DNA from: Candidatus Bathyarchaeia archaeon | GTDB taxonomy: Archaea; Thermoproteota; CALKCG01; B24; JAWCPE01 | Direction of reading: 5' to 3' | NCBI GenBank assembly: GCA_038870415.1 | Contig: JAWCPE010000002.1 | Location: 1-38,155, forward strand | DNA length: 38,155 nucleotides | Shown here: positions 24,683 to 33,595 of the stretch, piece after piece | How positions within the stretch are numbered: position 1 is the first letter of the stretch | Layout: each line of letters opens with the position of its first letter | Notes under the pieces: generated by a model | The model's database searches: none | Seen by the model: only the letters and a program-made list of their open reading frames with translations | What the model was told of the DNA's origin: nothing | Position numbers and translations under genes: made by a program

Positions 24683-26062
24683 ATGAGGGCAAGCGTCATC
24701 GCCGTGATAGGTATCCTGACCATACTGATGGTTGGAACGACCATCTACCTGGACAACGTTTTACGCGGGGTCTCCGTGACCCAGATAGCGGATGTGCTCG
24801 CCCGTCCAGCAGCCTTCAACAACAGCATCGTAGAGCTTCATGGAACCCTCCACCCGTACGGGTCTTTGCCGAGCCGCTACGCGGTGCTCAGGGACGCTTC
24901 AGGCGCCCTCATTCTTGCGTTTCCCGAAGAGGTGCCAGCAGAGTACCTCTACAGCGAGGCAGAGGTCAAAGGCAAGGTCCAGTTTGCTCCAAGGCTTGCG
25001 CCAGAGCTGTGGCTCTGCTTAGACGTAACCTCATACCGGGTGAGAGAGGTCACGTTGAAGGTTGCACTCCATAGGACCGGTGGGATAGCTGGGGCCGACG
25101 ACCTGCTCGTGATCGAGCCTGACGGCAGAGGCAGGTACACGAGCAGGTTCACAGGGGAGAAGACCTTCGCGTTGACCGTACGGGAGGTCTTCCAGCTTAG
25201 AGCCATCATCGTCGGGAACGACTTCCAGACGGTGATGCCTGAGACCTACGGTGCGAAACCGGACGCAGCAGACTACTTCAGCTACTCGCTGACGGTGACC
25301 TACTACCGCGAGGGCCGCGAGGCCGCTAACAAGACCGTAAGCTGGGTTGACCCCTGGGCGCTTCGCCAACCGCTGCCCAAGAACCTTGAACAGATACGAA
25401 GCGGGCTGGAAGCCTTCGTTGCCGAGCTGGTCCACGGCAGACCGTTGACGGACGAAGAGGCGGCGAGGCTAGCCGTCTCAGCGGTCAGGAGCTCCGCCAC
25501 GTTCAGGTTCGACGGCCTCGACGACAGCCTTGAGGTCACTAACGTAGGGAAGGTTGTGAACATGCCGCCGACGCCCGGCTACTTCTGGCTTGTCGAGGTC
25601 ACTTACTCCACGAGGCATCCAGGCCACGGGAACCGGTCCGGGCTCATCCTACTCCAAGTCATCACGAGGCATAGAGCCGTCGTCACCCTAGACGAGAGCG
25701 GCACCGTGACGGGAGCCACCTGCGACGATGTCTGGGACCTTCTAGCCGACGAGGAACTGGCCTCTCCGCCGACGAGACCGACGAGGTTCACCGTCGTAGA
25801 GGGGGAAAGGAAGCTCGATGTCTACGTGGATGTCGACGTGACCGACGGCGTCACCGGAGAGGAGGCGAGGCTGATCGTTGAAGCCACCTTCACCGCCATG
25901 ATGGGAGACACGGTCATCCGGAGGCTCGACAACCTGACGCGGGACGGCGACCTGTTGAAAGCCCACTTCACGTGGGGCTACAGCACCGAGGGGCTCGGCC
26001 ACTGGTTCGAGGCCACCGTCGACCTGAACGCTCGAAACATCGTCGTGACGCGATGCAGATAG
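24683..26062 (+). CDS. hypothetical membrane-anchored/secreted protein
   Basis: 459 aa with N-terminal anchor VIAVIGILTILMVGTTIYL. One segment, LHRTGGIAGADDLLVIEPDGRGRY..LTVREVFQLRAII, recalls emfourin-like GG[FI]AG domains (weak, from memory). No other recognisable motifs. Confidence 0.6.
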   Translation: MRASVIAVIGILTILMVGTTIYLDNVLRGVSVTQIADVLARPAAFNNSIVELHGTLHPYGSLPSRYAVLRDASGALILAFPEEVPAEYLYSEAEVKGKVQFAPRLAPELWLCLDVTSYRVREVTLKVALHRTGGIAGADDLLVIEPDGRGRYTSRFTGEKTFALTVREVFQLRAIIVGNDFQTVMPETYGAKPDAADYFSYSLTVTYYREGREAANKTVSWVDPWALRQPLPKNLEQIRSGLEAFVAELVHGRPLTDEEAARLAVSAVRSSATFRFDGLDDSLEVTNVGKVVNMPPTPGYFWLVEVTYSTRHPGHGNRSGLILLQVITRHRAVVTLDESGTVTGATCDDVWDLLADEELASPPTRPTRFTVVEGERKLDVYVDVDVTDGVTGEEARLIVEATFTAMMGDTVIRRLDNLTRDGDLLKAHFTWGYSTEGLGHWFEATVDLNARNIVVTRCR

Positions 26063-26277
26063 ACCCCCAGGTCACGTCCCCCCAGATCGGGCTGGCGAGA
26101 GCCTCGGTCTCCTCCTCGCCCCCGAGCTTATGGGCAGGACTAGCCTATTCTCCCTAAGCTGCCGATGCTCTAGTAGAGTGGGCGGCGTCTCGGCGAAGGC
26201 GGTCGTCCTAGGGACTTACTTATTCAACGGCAGGGCGTGTCCAACAGTTGCCCTATCGCCGAGAATACCTACGTCTT

Positions 26278-26296
26278 TCCATGCCTCGGGCATGGA
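26278..26296. repeat. hairpin TCCATGCC-tcg-GGCATGGA (shares CTTTCCATGCCTC with 26500-26523)
   Basis: Read directly. The 13-mer CTTTCCATGCCTC occurs at 26275-26287 and again at 26500-26512. Confidence 0.8.
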
Positions 26297-26394
26297 GGTG
26301 GAAGGCACTGGATGCCCGACAAACCCACCCTGATTTGCCCCCAAAGCCTCGGAAGCACCGCGGCGTGACGCTAGGTGTGGCTCGGCATCGCCGC

Positions 26395-26475
26395 GCCTTG
26401 GTCCACGGATAGAAGCAGAGACGGTAATACCATCCCATGGAGAAAACACGCCCATAGACAGGGAGGGCTAAGAGC
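26395..26475 (+). repeat. conserved intergenic block, copy B
   Basis: GCCTTGGTCCACGGATAGAAGCAGAGACGGTAATACCATCCCATGGAGAAAACACGCCCATAGACAGGGAGGGCTAAGAGC is homologous to 12956-13028. The preceding GCATCGCCG is also shared (26385 versus 12918). Confidence 0.6.
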
Positions 26476-26499
26476 AAATTGAGGCTCTCTAAGCCTTCG

Positions 26500-26523
26500 C
26501 TTTCCATGCCTCAGCATGGAAAG
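26500..26523. repeat. perfect hairpin CTTTCCATGC-ctca-GCATGGAAAG
   Basis: A 10-bp stem with a 4-nt loop, 24 nt downstream of the stop of the minus-strand glycosyltransferase gene. No adjacent T-run. Confidence 0.8.
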
Positions 26524-26546
26524 CCAGCACCTAAGACAGCGTAGAA

Positions 26547-27812
26547 CTAGGCCTTCTCGGCGGGGCCTGTCCTTGTGAGGGCGTTCTCGTATACCTGCAG
26601 CGTCTGTTGCGCGACCTTGTCCCAGGTGAAGTATTCGAGAACCCTCTTCCTGCCGTTTACGCCCCACTGCTTCGCCCTGACAGGGTCGGAGAGCACCCCC
26701 TTTATGCCCCAGGCTATGTCCACCGGGTCGCCACCATTGATGTGTATGCCGTTCTGGTCTGGGCCTGTAGGTACGACCTGCTCTCTGAAGCCAACGACGC
26801 CTCTTGCACCTACGACGAGCGGCTTCTCCATAGACATCGCCTCGAGGCTTACGATGCCGAAGGGCTCATAGAGCGATGGGAAGACGCAGACATCCGACGC
26901 CGCGTAGTGGAGGATCCGTTCCCTCTCCGGGATGAACTCGAACCTGAGCGAGACGTTCTTCTCCACGCCTAGCCGGGCGCAGAGCTCCTGCAGGTCCCGT
27001 TGCTCCTCTCCTCTCCCGAGGATGACGAGCTTCGTCTTCGGGAAATCCCTCAGTATAAGCGGCATAGCCTGGAGCAGGTACCTGACGCCCTTAACCCATG
27101 TCAGTCTTCCGATGAAGAAGACCATAGCCTCGTCGTCCTCCACGCCGTAACGGCGCCTCACCGCCTTCACCTCCTCCGGACTGCATCTAGCCGGGTCGTA
27201 GACCTCTGGGTCTACGCCGTTCCATACGACGCTGATCTTCGGCTCTGCCCAGCCGTGGTGGACAAGGTCCTCGCGCATCGCGTAGCTCACCGTGACGATG
27301 CGGTCCGCCTTCTCCGCGGCTTCGTGTTCAAGATGGGTTACAACCTGGGAGCCGGTGTTCCCACTTCGCCCCCACTCCGTGGAGTGGACGTGGAAGGCGA
27401 GGGGCATATTGATCTCGTTCTTCGCTATCAACCCGGCTATGCAGCTGAGCCAGTCGTGAATAGAGGCGAGGTCGAAGCTGTAATGCTCCTTACGTATCAG
27501 GTCGTTCACGAACTTCGTAGCCGAGAGGATGTTGTAGATGAAGAGGTCGTTGAAGAACTTGATGTTCGTCCCCCAACGCTTAAGGTCCTCGGCGACGAGC
27601 AGAGGGAAGATGTTGCTCGCGTTCGCTATCATCGGCCTATGGACCTCTACTCCACGGATGACCTCTCGCGTCGGCAACCCGCCAGGGTTCAAAGTGAAGA
27701 CCGTCACGTCGTGGTTCAGTTCCACGAACTTCCGAGTGATGTTCTCCGCGTAGGTGCCGAGCCCCCCGACCAGCATGGGAGGATACTCCCAGACGAAGAA
27801 GGCAAGCCTCAA
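26547..27812 (-). CDS. GT4-type glycosyltransferase / archaeal glycogen-synthase-like
   Basis: 421 aa. The N-terminus FFVWEYPPMLVGGLGTY is typical of glycogen(starch)-synthase-like GT-B enzymes. The C-terminal EPFGIVSLEAM matches the E-x7-E region. Confidence 0.75.
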   Translation of the reverse strand: MRLAFFVWEYPPMLVGGLGTYAENITRKFVELNHDVTVFTLNPGGLPTREVIRGVEVHRPMIANASNIFPLLVAEDLKRWGTNIKFFNDLFIYNILSATKFVNDLIRKEHYSFDLASIHDWLSCIAGLIAKNEINMPLAFHVHSTEWGRSGNTGSQVVTHLEHEAAEKADRIVTVSYAMREDLVHHGWAEPKISVVWNGVDPEVYDPARCSPEEVKAVRRRYGVEDDEAMVFFIGRLTWVKGVRYLLQAMPLILRDFPKTKLVILGRGEEQRDLQELCARLGVEKNVSLRFEFIPERERILHYAASDVCVFPSLYEPFGIVSLEAMSMEKPLVVGARGVVGFREQVVPTGPDQNGIHINGGDPVDIAWGIKGVLSDPVRAKQWGVNGRKRVLEYFTWDKVAQQTLQVYENALTRTGPAEKA

Positions 27813-27981
27813 CCCTCGTCACCGACCTCTTTCACGAGGCTGAACGGCGTCAAACCGCGAGAACCCTCCCAGGCTGTCTTGAACCGCCGCGCTACCGTAG
27901 CCCTCAGGTCTCGCGGTTCTCCTAGATAAGCGTCACCTCATCCGTATACGCCGAGTCACCTAGCTGAGGCTGATTCCGCCT

Positions 27982-29211
27982 TCACGGGACTCGCAGCTTC
28001 CGCGCAACCGTGAAGTAGAGAAGCGCGGCCGCCGCGACTAGGGAGGTGACGAGGCTGTACGTGAAGGCTGCCCGCCTACCCGCCGCGTCCCAGAGGAAGC
28101 CTACGATGAAGTTCGCAGCGAGGAACGATACGCCCACCGTCAGGTAGTAGACGCCGTAAGCCGTACCCCTGAGGCCCTCAGGCGCATACCGCGGTATGAC
28201 CGCCCTCTGAACCGTCTCCACGATTCCCATGTAAACACCGTAAGCCAAAGCCACCACGAACGCGTTGAACGGGTTCGCGTCCAAAACCACGAGCGCGAGA
28301 GAGGTGGCGGCGAAGGCGGAGTAGCCCAGAAGCAACGCCCGCTCGCGTCCGATTCGGTCAGCTGTGATGCCGGCAGGGATGCCTAACGCCGCATGTGCAA
28401 CGTTGAGCGCCAGGTAGACGCCTGGGATGAGGGCTTCCGGGACGCCCCAGTCCCTCGCCGCGAGAAGTACGAAGGAGAAGTCGAACGCTCCGATCGAGAA
28501 GAGGCTCACCACCGCGAGCAACAAGGGAAAACGCCCCTGAAGAACCTGCCCGACGTTCCCGAGGAGCTTCGCGCCTTGAGGCCGGCTCGCCCTCTCCTGA
28601 ACGAAGAAAACGAGGATCAGCAGCGCGAGTAAGCCGGGGATGAAGGAGGCTAGGAAGACACCTCGCGCTGTTATCAACGGGACGAGCAGAAGGGCTAGGA
28701 AGGGGCCGATGACGGCCCCGGATTGGTCTAGGGTTCTGTGAAGCCCGAAGGCTCGGCCTACGCGTCTCTCCGAGACTGAGGATGCTAGTAGGGCGTCTCT
28801 GGGCGCGGTTCTCACGCCTTTCCCAACCCTGTCGCTGAAACGGATCGCGAGCGCGTCGACCCACGTTGAGGCGAAGGCGAAGAGCGGCTTCACGACGTTC
28901 GAGAAGGCGTAGCCGGCGAAGACCACTGCTTTCCGCCTACCTATCCTGTCGGAGATGAGGCCTGAGAGCATCCTGAAGACGTAGCTCGCAGCCTCCGCGA
29001 CGCCCTCTATGAGGCCGATCAACGCCCGGGGTATCCTGAGCTGCTCGTAGAAGAACGTGGGCAGAATGCTGAACGTCATCTCGCTGGAGATATCTGTGAA
29101 GAGGCTTACGAGGCCTAACCATACCACGTTCTTCGAGGAACCTTCCCTCTCAGAGCCTCGCGAACCCATCGCAACGCCTCCGTCCAGACCCAACAAAGCC
29201 TCGCGACGCAA
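27982..29211 (-). CDS. MFS transporter
   Basis: About 12 TM segments and the MFS loop motif GLISDRIGRRK. ATG at 29169 (MGSRGSE..) is a plausible alternative start. Confidence 0.85.
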   Translation of the reverse strand: MRREALLGLDGGVAMGSRGSEREGSSKNVVWLGLVSLFTDISSEMTFSILPTFFYEQLRIPRALIGLIEGVAEAASYVFRMLSGLISDRIGRRKAVVFAGYAFSNVVKPLFAFASTWVDALAIRFSDRVGKGVRTAPRDALLASSVSERRVGRAFGLHRTLDQSGAVIGPFLALLLVPLITARGVFLASFIPGLLALLILVFFVQERASRPQGAKLLGNVGQVLQGRFPLLLAVVSLFSIGAFDFSFVLLAARDWGVPEALIPGVYLALNVAHAALGIPAGITADRIGRERALLLGYSAFAATSLALVVLDANPFNAFVVALAYGVYMGIVETVQRAVIPRYAPEGLRGTAYGVYYLTVGVSFLAANFIVGFLWDAAGRRAAFTYSLVTSLVAAAALLYFTVARKLRVP

Positions 29212-29947
29212 CCTGACCTGCTAATCCCAGGTGCGTAGTTCATCTACAAGACTCCACGAAGGAGATACGCTTGAGTTAAGAGTTTCCCTTACGTACATTC
29301 GAACAGAATCCGTCTAAACCGGAAGAAGAGCGTTCGACATCGGAAGCGGAGCCCGCAAGGTAGATATATCGATCGAGAAGGTGGGGGTAGGCGTCGCCGG
29401 CAAGGCCTCATTGGAATACCTCGAACGCCCATTCTCGAAGATGATACACTGCGCGCAGACCCCTTGTGGGGCTCGAGAGAAGCCTGGAGGCCGTTTACTA
29501 CCGGGTCACCGTGAGTGTCTACGGTGCAGGACCGAGCCCCAAAGCCGATGACATCTCCCAACCCTGCTGGGTGCCTTCCTCAGCAGGGTCTTAAATGCGC
29601 AGACGAAGCTGACCTGACCGCACGTCCATGCGATGCTCCGGTGTGGCTTCGAGGAGTTTCCAGTCGTCTTCCCCAGCAACCGCGTGGTAGCCGTCTACGG
29701 GAAACGACTCAGGGCGCTAACGGTACCTCTGTGAGACCGCAGGCATCGAACACATCATCCTTGGACGCGACCAGCAGAGTCACATCTCAACCATCTAGGA
29801 GGGAATCTGCGCCCAACCATCGCTGATACGGAGAAGCAGAGCGCCGAGCAGAGCCTAAATCTTCAGGTCCACGATCACCGCACTTGAGCATCGGAAGGCA
29901 ACGCTTAAGTCAACTCCTAGGCTCTGTGAGAGACTGGGTTCTGGCGA

Positions 29948-31408
29948 TTGCGTTCTCCAAGACGTGCAGTTCGCCTGCTCGCTGTGGCAGCCGTCCTCTC
30001 GGCGCTCTCTGCGACGGGCTGGCTGGCCTACCTGACGACCCCCCTCTTTGCGCGGGCGCAAGCGTTCCCATCCTTTGAGTTCTACGGCGTAGTGCCACCT
30101 ACGAGCTATACGGGCGGCGTAGACGCCCCCTACCCTGAGCTGGCCTGGCCTAACGGGACGAAGTATACGCCTTTCTGGCAGAACGGGACCGCCTACCTAG
30201 ACATCGTGGGGATAAATGACAGCACCTCAGTCAGAGTCTACGACGTATCGACGCCCGAGCCGAGGCTGCTAGACGAAGCCGTGGTTAAGAGACTGGAGTT
30301 GCACACGGTACTTGTCCATAGCGGCATCGTGTTCAAGGTTGTCTCTGACAGACTCGTCTCTGTAGCCCTGAGCGGCGGGCAGACCTACCTCGAGGGTGGG
30401 CATCTCTTCTACCCGAGCACGGACGGCGGCTTCGCAGGGACCGAGTTCATCTTCATGGCCTTACCGTCGAGCGAGGCGAGCCACCACGGCGGTCTCCCCG
30501 GCGTGAAGGCGGGGGACCGCCACGCGGTCTACGCGGTCGACGATGCGAAGGTTTCGCTCTACGACGCTGCAGGTAAGCTGCTTAAGGAGTATGAGCTCCA
30601 GGCGAATAAGAGCGCGAAGCTCGACTTGAGCTACCGGTCCGTCTTCCGCATCCAGTCTACAGGCCGCATCATGGTAGGCACCTGGGACTGGTCCGGCTAC
30701 ACCGCCCTGCCGTCCGCCTTCGGGGGTTTCCGCGGCACGCGTTTCTACGCGACGCCCGACGCCTCCGTCGAGGGGACTGTTGCGCTCGTCGTAACCGCCC
30801 AGGAGCAGCCGGTCACGGTCGCCGTCTACGACCTGGACAGCGGCTCGAAGATGGTTGAGAAGAGCCTTGCCGCCTATGAGCTTTGGAACATAAACAAGGG
30901 AGTGAGGGACCTCGCCGCGAAGCGCATCCTCGTCGAGGCGACCGGTCAGGTCATGGTCTTCGCTGCTCAAGCTGGAGCTACCGGCCTCCTCACCGATATA
31001 GGCGATGACATCACGTTCTTCGGGCTTAAGCCCGGGGTGACCTCGACGTTCTACGTGGTCTCGAAGGGGTACGTCTTCGCCCCTGAAGCTGACACGGAGG
31101 TGAGAGTGGGGGCTGTGAGGCTTGTCGCGAAGAAGGGCTCCTACGTGGAGATACCTTCCGGCCTGATACGCGTCACGACGAACGCGACAGCCATCGTGGA
31201 GCTCCTCGCCCTAGCTGACTTCGGCTACTGGGGCGAGGGGTTGAACGACTGGGCGACCTACCTGGTCTCAACCCCAGCGGTGACGATGACCTATCCACCA
31301 GCTAAGGGCGGTGGCGGGGGTCTGCCGCTCACCGAGATAGCGGTCGTGGCCGTCGTCGTAGTGATCGTCATAATCGCCGTCCGAAGACCCCGGGCGAAGA
31401 AAGGCTAA
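29948..31408 (+). CDS. secreted cell-surface protein with C-terminal membrane anchor (hypothetical)
   Basis: 486 aa with signal-like N-terminus RRAVRLLAVAAVLSALSATG. Recurring strands are SVRVYDVSTPEPRLLDE, KVSLYDAAGKLLKEY and TVAVYDLDSGSKMVEK. There are five N-x-S/T sequons. The C-terminal end is GGGGGLPLTEIAVVAVVVVIVIIAVRRPRAKKG. Confidence 0.7.
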   Translation: MRSPRRAVRLLAVAAVLSALSATGWLAYLTTPLFARAQAFPSFEFYGVVPPTSYTGGVDAPYPELAWPNGTKYTPFWQNGTAYLDIVGINDSTSVRVYDVSTPEPRLLDEAVVKRLELHTVLVHSGIVFKVVSDRLVSVALSGGQTYLEGGHLFYPSTDGGFAGTEFIFMALPSSEASHHGGLPGVKAGDRHAVYAVDDAKVSLYDAAGKLLKEYELQANKSAKLDLSYRSVFRIQSTGRIMVGTWDWSGYTALPSAFGGFRGTRFYATPDASVEGTVALVVTAQEQPVTVAVYDLDSGSKMVEKSLAAYELWNINKGVRDLAAKRILVEATGQVMVFAAQAGATGLLTDIGDDITFFGLKPGVTSTFYVVSKGYVFAPEADTEVRVGAVRLVAKKGSYVEIPSGLIRVTTNATAIVELLALADFGYWGEGLNDWATYLVSTPAVTMTYPPAKGGGGGLPLTEIAVVAVVVVIVIIAVRRPRAKKG

Positions 31409-31463
31409 CCTACGTCTCTGGGACGGGTCTTTGAGCGCCCCGGCAGATTGAGGGCCCGGCCAT

Positions 31464-31889
31464 ATGGTTCGATTCTTCAGGTTCGAGGATGTGCCCAGGT
31501 CGACTTCGCCGGACGGGCTTAGGTCTGACCGTATGCTCATCTCCGAGGAGAGCGTCGGCTCCAAGTACCTGCGATGTAGCCTAACCGAGGTTAAGGCTTC
31601 TAGGGACGGGAAGGTTCAACCCGTCACGGGCTACCATTACCATACGAAGCGTGAACTCTTCATCATAGGCCTATCCGGCAGGACAGCTCTTCTCGTCGAG
31701 GGCAAGAAGTACATCGTGGAGCCCGGCACAGTGCTCTACGTAGCCCCCGGCGAAGCCCATAGAACCGTCGATGTGGGAAGGTACGACGGCACTGTTCTAG
31801 AGGTCTGGCATGACCCGCCCGGGGAGGAGACGGTCTCCGTCCCTGTCCCAGAGAAGGCCGAGGAGGCCCCCACAGGCCGGAAGCCCTGA
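31464..31889 (+). CDS. cupin domain protein
   Basis: 141 aa: GYHYHTKRELFIIGLSGRTALLVEGKKYIVEPGTVLYVAPGEAHR matches the two cupin motifs. Confidence 0.7.
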   Translation: MVRFFRFEDVPRSTSPDGLRSDRMLISEESVGSKYLRCSLTEVKASRDGKVQPVTGYHYHTKRELFIIGLSGRTALLVEGKKYIVEPGTVLYVAPGEAHRTVDVGRYDGTVLEVWHDPPGEETVSVPVPEKAEEAPTGRKP

Positions 31890-31997
31890 ATCTTCTCTGC
31901 TTAACTGGGTGAGACCGGTCTTTCCCCTTTTCCGCGTAAGGCGGATAGTCGCGTAGCCTTAGAGAGTTCCCCCGCCTGGGGTTCAGCTGAGCCGGTC

Positions 31998-33032
31998 TCA
32001 TGCCTTCAGGGGTTCAAGGCTGTCCATTAACGTGAAGAGCGGGTGCTTCGACACTTGGAGTGGAAGCTTTACAACGGCTCTTCTTCGGGCGGATTCGAAG
32101 ATGGCGAAGATGACTTCCTGCGTCGCTCTTGCCTGTCGCGCCGTGGTGACGGGCTCCTTGCCTGTCTCGATCCAGTCTAGTAGGGCTTTAACCTCGGCGA
32201 TGAAGGGGTCTTCCTCCCTGAAGGTTACTGGGACGGTCTCCCATCTCGTCGCGTTCTTCAAGCGGGCTCTAAGCCACGGCCCCTTAGGGTCGTGAAGCCC
32301 CAGCGGGTTGACCTCTATCTGGCCCTCTGTGCCGTTGATCAGGACGCGGTGGTTTCCAAGGTCGGTGATCTCTCCGCATTCAAGGAATCCTCTCGTGCCG
32401 TCTCTGAAACGCAGATACCCTATCGCGGAGTCCTCTACCGCGTGGCCGTACCCTGTTCTCCTACGTGTGGCGTCGACTTGGCCGAATACCCAGTCAACCG
32501 GCGTATCGCCTGCGAAGAACCGCATGAGGTCCGCCGTGTGTATGGCATTTGTGAGGAGGTCGCCGCCCGTCCGCATCCCGTGTATGGAGAAGAGGCCGCC
32601 TATCTGGCCCTCGTCTATGAGCTGCTTCGCTCTGACGGCTTGAACCGTGTACCTGAGCTGGTGGCCTACTTGCAGTTTGACGCCTGCCAGCTCGCAGGTA
32701 CGGATCATATCGTCGGCCTCGTCGAGGCTTAAAGCCATAGGCTTCTCGCAGAGTATGGCTTTCACCCCTTGCCTGCAGGCTTCTACGGTCATCTCATGAT
32801 GAAGCTGAGGCCAAGTGCAGATGCTGACGATGTCTAGGCTTTCCCTCCTCAGCATCTCCGCGTAATCCGTGTAGCAGCTGCTCACCCCGTATTCAGCGGC
32901 GTACCTGCCCAGCCGCTCCTCTGAGAGGTCGCAGGCCGCGACGACCTGCGTTGCGGCAACCCCTTTGTAGCCTTGAGAATGCCACTGAGCTATGCTCCCT
33001 ACGCCTATGACGCCTACCCTGTAGCGCTTCAC
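31998..33032 (-). CDS. Gfo/Idh/MocA family oxidoreductase
   Basis: 344 aa with an N-terminal Rossmann motif YRVGVIGVGSIAQWH and the EKP motif ILCEKPMA. Confidence 0.85.
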   Translation of the reverse strand: MKRYRVGVIGVGSIAQWHSQGYKGVAATQVVAACDLSEERLGRYAAEYGVSSCYTDYAEMLRRESLDIVSICTWPQLHHEMTVEACRQGVKAILCEKPMALSLDEADDMIRTCELAGVKLQVGHQLRYTVQAVRAKQLIDEGQIGGLFSIHGMRTGGDLLTNAIHTADLMRFFAGDTPVDWVFGQVDATRRRTGYGHAVEDSAIGYLRFRDGTRGFLECGEITDLGNHRVLINGTEGQIEVNPLGLHDPKGPWLRARLKNATRWETVPVTFREEDPFIAEVKALLDWIETGKEPVTTARQARATQEVIFAIFESARRRAVVKLPLQVSKHPLFTLMDSLEPLKA

Positions 33033-33238
33033 AGGAACCTCACCCTGTCAGGCCTAGGTGCCCACAGAAACTGGCAGGAGGGCTGAACGTCGTATTTAGC
33101 GTATCCCCGCTAGGGGCTCTGTAGAAACCCTTCCCGGCATAGCTTCACTCCTGCCAATATGGGCGACCGCAGGTAGGCAGCATACCTAGAGGCTTGGCAC
33201 GTCAACTGATGCCGCCAGAGGGCTTCTGCAGAGCCCCA

Positions 33239-33451
33239 CTAGAGGGCCCCTTCAGGGAGGCTTAGCCTGTAGAGAGCGCCCCACTCCGTCTGGCGCTCCT
33301 TGACTAGGCCTTCATCTACCAGGTGTTTCAGGTGGGACCGTACAGCCCTCGAAGAGAGCTTAGACTGAACCGAGAGTCTCTCGACGGTCCAAGCGGCTCG
33401 CTCCTCGTCCTTAAGGAGGACCATGAGAATCCTGACGCATTTGCCGTCCAA
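33239..33451 (-). CDS. small winged-helix DNA-binding protein
   Basis: 70 aa: VRILMVLLKDEERAAWTVERLSVQSKLSSRAVRSHLKHLVDEGLVKE is a classic wHTH layout. TTG start. A TATA-like CATATAG lies about 45 nt upstream on the minus strand. Confidence 0.6.
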   Translation of the reverse strand: MDGKCVRILMVLLKDEERAAWTVERLSVQSKLSSRAVRSHLKHLVDEGLVKERQTEWGALYRLSLPEGAL

Positions 33452-33595
33452 ACCCGAGGGGCCCCCAGCCCGGCTTGAGGACGCGCCCCTGGCCTATATG
33501 AGCAAGACGGACATGAGGATGCTCGCGAGAGGGACGCGCAAGAGGAGAGAGTGAGTCGGGTGAAAGTTGATATCATCTCTTCCTCGTCTGCCGTG

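Noticed and set aside
13029-26475. Blocks A and B as attL/attR of a 13.4-kb integrated element
   Set aside because: The blocks are direct repeats, but only 14 nt are identical. The interval contains core genes (rpl15e) and mixed-strand housekeeping content, and a third copy lies outside it. A repeat family is more likely than att sites.
26253-26507. 84-aa minus-strand Cys/Arg/Trp-rich ORF (defensin-like appearance)
   Set aside because: Its similarity to the block A region holds at the nucleotide level but not the protein level, because the aligned parts fall in different frames. There is no start context. It is probably non-coding.
27000-27929. 309-aa plus-strand ORF
   Set aside because: It is entirely antisense to the well-supported glycosyltransferase gene. 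Its composition is R/V/P/D-rich with no motifs, a typical shadow ORF in GC-rich DNA.
28358-28864. 168-aa minus-strand ORF inside the MFS gene
   Set aside because: It is an alternative frame of the MFS transporter, with Arg/Pro/Ser-rich composition and no support.
29751-29758. Second ATGATGTG (C-box-like) on the minus strand
   Set aside because: There is no terminal stem and no correctly spaced D' or D boxes. It lies within protein-like relic sequence.
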